Source of the DNA: Aliivibrio fischeri ES114
Lineage (GTDB): Bacteria; Pseudomonadota; Gammaproteobacteria; Enterobacterales; Vibrionaceae
Strand: one strand, 5' to 3'
Assembly (NCBI RefSeq): GCF_000011805.1
Contig: NC_006840.2
DNA: 32,000 nt
Shown: positions 29,113-32,000 of the stretch, piece after piece
How the letters are laid out: each line of letters begins with the position of its first letter
How positions within the stretch are numbered: position 1 is the stretch's first letter
Notes under the pieces: generated by a model
The model's input: only the letters and a program-made list of their open reading frames with translations
Told to the model about the DNA's origin: nothing
The model's database searches: none
Program-made: the position numbers and the translations under genes

Positions 29113-29520
29113 AGTGTGTCTCCAAAAGGTGATAATCATAAAAGCGCCAATAAGATAACAGATTGGCTATGTTATAAATGTAACTGGCCTCTCAATGTGT
29201 GCAGTTGATCTTGTTTCAGTACGCTTTATGGTAATCAGATCACAGCTTTATTTTTAATTAGTTAGCCATGCTATCGACCGATATTTTGATTTTCCCTTCT
29301 CGATTTTTCTTTATTTTTTCTGAATGAAACGCATTAATTTTTTTGCGTTAGCATTAAATCGAATAAAAAATGAAATTTTAGAATTTCAGGTAATAAAGTA
29401 ACCCGTCTATAGTGGTTTTATTGGAATGACAATTCGCCGCCTGCAACGATAAAAAGAAGTGTTAAGACTATCACCAGAAGCAGGAGCCATTACCAAATTT
29501 AGCCTAAAGGACAAAAGCAC

Positions 29521-30429
29521 ATGGACGCAAAACGATTGACCCACCTTCAGCAACTAGAAGCGGAGAGTATTCATATTATTCGCGAAGTGGCAGCTGAATT
29601 TGATAACCCTGTAATGATGTACTCGATTGGTAAAGATTCATCAGTGATGCTGCATTTAGCTCGTAAAGCATTTTATCCAGGAAAGATCCCATTCCCACTT
29701 CTTCATGTTGATACCGATTGGAAATTCAAAGAGATGATTGAATTTCGTGATAAAACAGCAGAAAAATACGGTTTTGACCTATTGGTACACAAAAACCCTG
29801 AAGGGTTAGAAATGGGCATTAATCCGTTTGTGCATGGATCATCAAAGCACACCGATATCATGAAAACACAAGGTTTGAAACAAGCATTAAATAAATACGG
29901 ATTTGATGCGGCTTTTGGTGGAGCTCGTCGTGATGAAGAAAAGTCACGCGCCAAAGAACGTGTTTATTCATTTAGAGATAAAAACCATACATGGGATCCA
30001 AAAAATCAACGCCCTGAGTTATGGAATACGTATAACGGACAAGTCAATAAAGGGGAAAGTATTCGAGTATTCCCGCTTTCAAACTGGACTGAGTTGGACA
30101 TTTGGCAATACATCTATTTAGAAAATATTGAAATTGTTCCTCTGTATTTATCAGAGAAACGCCCAGTAGTTGAGCGTGATGGCATGTTGATCATGGTAGA
30201 CGATGAGCGCTTAAAACTGGAAGAAGGTGAAGAGATCCAACATAAAGATATTCGTTTTAGAACTCTAGGTTGTTATCCATTAACAGGCGCGGTGGAATCA
30301 AAAGCGAATACATTGCCTGAAATTATTGAAGAGATGTTAGTTGCGACCTCCAGTGAGCGTCAAGGACGAGCGATAGATCATGATTCATCTGGCTCCATGG
30401 AGCTCAAGAAGCGTCAAGGTTACTTTTAA
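29521..30429 (+). CDS. cysD: Sulfate adenylyltransferase subunit 2
   Basis: 302 aa, the same length as E. coli CysD, with the PP-loop-like block [13 protein letters not shown]. Confidence 0.98.
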   Translation: MDAKRLTHLQQLEAESIHIIREVAAEFDNPVMMYSIGKDSSVMLHLARKAFYPGKIPFPLLHVDTDWKFKEMIEFRDKTAEKYGFDLLVHKNPEGLEMGINPFVHGSSKHTDIMKTQGLKQALNKYGFDAAFGGARRDEEKSRAKERVYSFRDKNHTWDPKNQRPELWNTYNGQVNKGESIRVFPLSNWTELDIWQYIYLENIEIVPLYLSEKRPVVERDGMLIMVDDERLKLEEGEEIQHKDIRFRTLGCYPLTGAVESKANTLPEIIEEMLVATSSERQGRAIDHDSSGSMELKKRQGYF

Positions 30430-30458
30430 TATCAGGCATCTAAGGAAGGATTAAATAA

Positions 30459-31895
30459 ATGAATAGTGCAGTAGAGCAACAACTGGCAGAGCTTGGTATT
30501 GAAGCTTATTTAAAAGAACATCAATACAAATCATTACTTCGTTTTTTAACGTGTGGATCAGTAGATGATGGTAAAAGTACCCTCATAGGCCGATTACTCC
30601 ATGATTCAAAACAAATCTATGCAGATCAACTAGATGCAGTTCATGCTGACAGCCAACGAGTGGGTACTACGGGTGAGCGTCCAGATTTAGCTTTATTGGT
30701 TGATGGCCTGCAAGCTGAACGTGAGCAAGGTATTACGATTGATGTGGCATATCGTTACTTCTCAACTCAAAAACGTAAATTCATCATTGCAGATACGCCA
30801 GGGCATGAGCAATACACTCGTAATATGGCTACGGGCGCATCAACCTGTAATGTCGCCGTGATTTTGATTGATGCTCGTAAAGGGGTGCTTGATCAAACTC
30901 GCCGTCACTCTTATATCGCAAATCTTCTTGGTATTCGTCATTTTGTAGTAGCTGTGAATAAAATGGATTTAGTTGAATATTCTCAATCTCGTTTTGAAGA
31001 GATTAAAGAGGAATACTTAGCTTTTTCTAAGAAATTGAATAATCCAAATTTAGATATTTCTATTTTACCTTTATCTGCATTAGAAGGAGATAACGTAGTA
31101 AATCCAAGTGATGCATTATCTTGGTATCAAGGTGAACCACTATTAGAAGTCCTTGAGAATGTGGATATTGATGCAGATAAAGGCAATGGTGAGTTTAGAT
31201 TCCCTGTGCAATACGTTAATCGTCCAAACTTAGATTTTCGTGGTTTTGCTGGAACGGTCTCTTCTGGTGGAATTTCTGTTGGTGATGAAATTGTGGCTTT
31301 ACCATCAGGTAAAAAATCGAAAGTCGCTCGTATTGTTACCTTTGATGGTGATTTAACATCTGCTCAAGCAGGCCAAGCGGTAACGCTAACACTTGAGGAT
31401 GAAATTGATATTAGTCGTGGTGACTTGTTAGTTAAATCACAGTCGAACTTGCAAGCCACGGATCAGTTTAAAGCTGAGATTGTATGGATGACGGAAAAAG
31501 GATTAGAACCGGGTCGTCAATACGATATTAAAATTGCAGGCAAGAAAACCGTTGGGCAAATTGATGCTATTCACCATCAAGTGAACATCAACAGTCTAGA
31601 AAAGTTTGATACTCAAGAGTTGCCGCTGAATGGTATTGGTTTATGTGATGTATCGTTAACGGAAACCGTGAGTTTAGATCGTTATCAAGATTGCGCAGAT
31701 ACTGGCGGGTTTATTTTTATTGATCGTCTAACTAATGTAACGGTAGGGGCTGGGATGATCCAAAACCTATCTGATTTGAGTGAGAGTAAGCCAATTAATG
31801 ACAATATCAGTGCGTTTGAAATTGAGCTAAATGCGTTAATTCGTAAGCACTTCCCGCATTGGGAAACCAAAGATATTTCTAAGCTTTTAGGCTAA
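30459..31895 (+). CDS. cysN: Sulfate adenylyltransferase subunit 1 (GTPase)
   Basis: 478 aa with G1 [10 protein letters not shown]3 DTPGHEQY and G4 NKMD. There is no fused APS-kinase domain. Confidence 0.98.
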   Translation: MNSAVEQQLAELGIEAYLKEHQYKSLLRFLTCGSVDDGKSTLIGRLLHDSKQIYADQLDAVHADSQRVGTTGERPDLALLVDGLQAEREQGITIDVAYRYFSTQKRKFIIADTPGHEQYTRNMATGASTCNVAVILIDARKGVLDQTRRHSYIANLLGIRHFVVAVNKMDLVEYSQSRFEEIKEEYLAFSKKLNNPNLDISILPLSALEGDNVVNPSDALSWYQGEPLLEVLENVDIDADKGNGEFRFPVQYVNRPNLDFRGFAGTVSSGGISVGDEIVALPSGKKSKVARIVTFDGDLTSAQAGQAVTLTLEDEIDISRGDLLVKSQSNLQATDQFKAEIVWMTEKGLEPGRQYDIKIAGKKTVGQIDAIHHQVNINSLEKFDTQELPLNGIGLCDVSLTETVSLDRYQDCADTGGFIFIDRLTNVTVGAGMIQNLSDLSESKPINDNISAFEIELNALIRKHFPHWETKDISKLLG

Positions 31896-31906
31896 GGACT
31901 GTCACT

Positions 31907-32000
31907 ATGGCATGGGAACAAGGATTCGTTCTGGCGTTATTAACTCTGATTATTGTGAGTTTATTGGCAAGTAAGTTAAAACCAAGCGTCATATTTGCAG
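31907..32000 (+). CDS. 5' fragment of a membrane permease, possibly the SLC13/DASS-type transporter that sits between cysN and cysC in vibrios
   Basis: ATG lies 11 nt after the cysN stop. The translation MAWEQGFVLALLTLIIVSLLASKLKPSVIFA… is a TM helix. The family call rests only on remembered synteny, and the gene is truncated by the window edge. Confidence 0.45.
   Translation, partial: MAWEQGFVLALLTLIIVSLLASKLKPSVIFA

Noticed and set aside
29324-29401. 25-aa ORF (MKRINFFALALNRIKNEILEFQVIK) and a 19-aa ORF at 29268-29327 in the cpdB/cysD intergenic region
   Set aside because: Neither has an SD, both lie in very AT-rich sequence where short ORFs arise by chance, and conservation cannot be assessed here.

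Overview
This is a 32-kb AT-rich chromosomal segment. Gene content and order look like core genome of a Vibrionaceae member (Aliivibrio/Vibrio-like); that assignment is inferred from synteny and protein sequences, not from a search. Almost every large ORF is intact and recognisable. In order they are: leuB-leuA with a leu leader and attenuator (-); a tetR-MFP-RND efflux operon (+); a DUF481/YdiY-type outer-membrane protein (-); dnaB-alr plus a translationally coupled Omp85-family barrel (+); pgi (+); zur-cheX (-); dusA (+); an uncharacterised OM beta-barrel and a 76-aa orphan (+); cysJIH (+); a DUF2780 (VcgC/VcgE-type) periplasmic protein, fklB (-) and ytfB/oapA-like (+); a Crp/Fnr-like regulator, ElaA GNAT and EamA/DMT permease (-); cpdB (-); and cysDN plus the start of a permease (+). 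I saw no tRNA, rRNA, CRISPR array, IS element, integrase, phage or defence-island hallmarks, and no obvious compositional island. I therefore cannot honestly claim a clear new multi-gene system here. The points most worth a second look are: (i) the Crp-like/GNAT/DMT module, whose regulator lacks the canonical cAMP-contact residues, sitting beside cpdB inside a split cys supercluster; (ii) an apparently POTRA-less Omp85 barrel whose ATG overlaps the alr stop; (iii) an orphan cheX apparently co-transcribed with zur; (iv) a (CTAGTCC)x6.4 heptamer array in the cheX 3' UTR; (v) two perfect 16-bp palindromic operators upstream of the tetR-first efflux operon; and (vi) an unlisted leu leader peptide with its attenuator.
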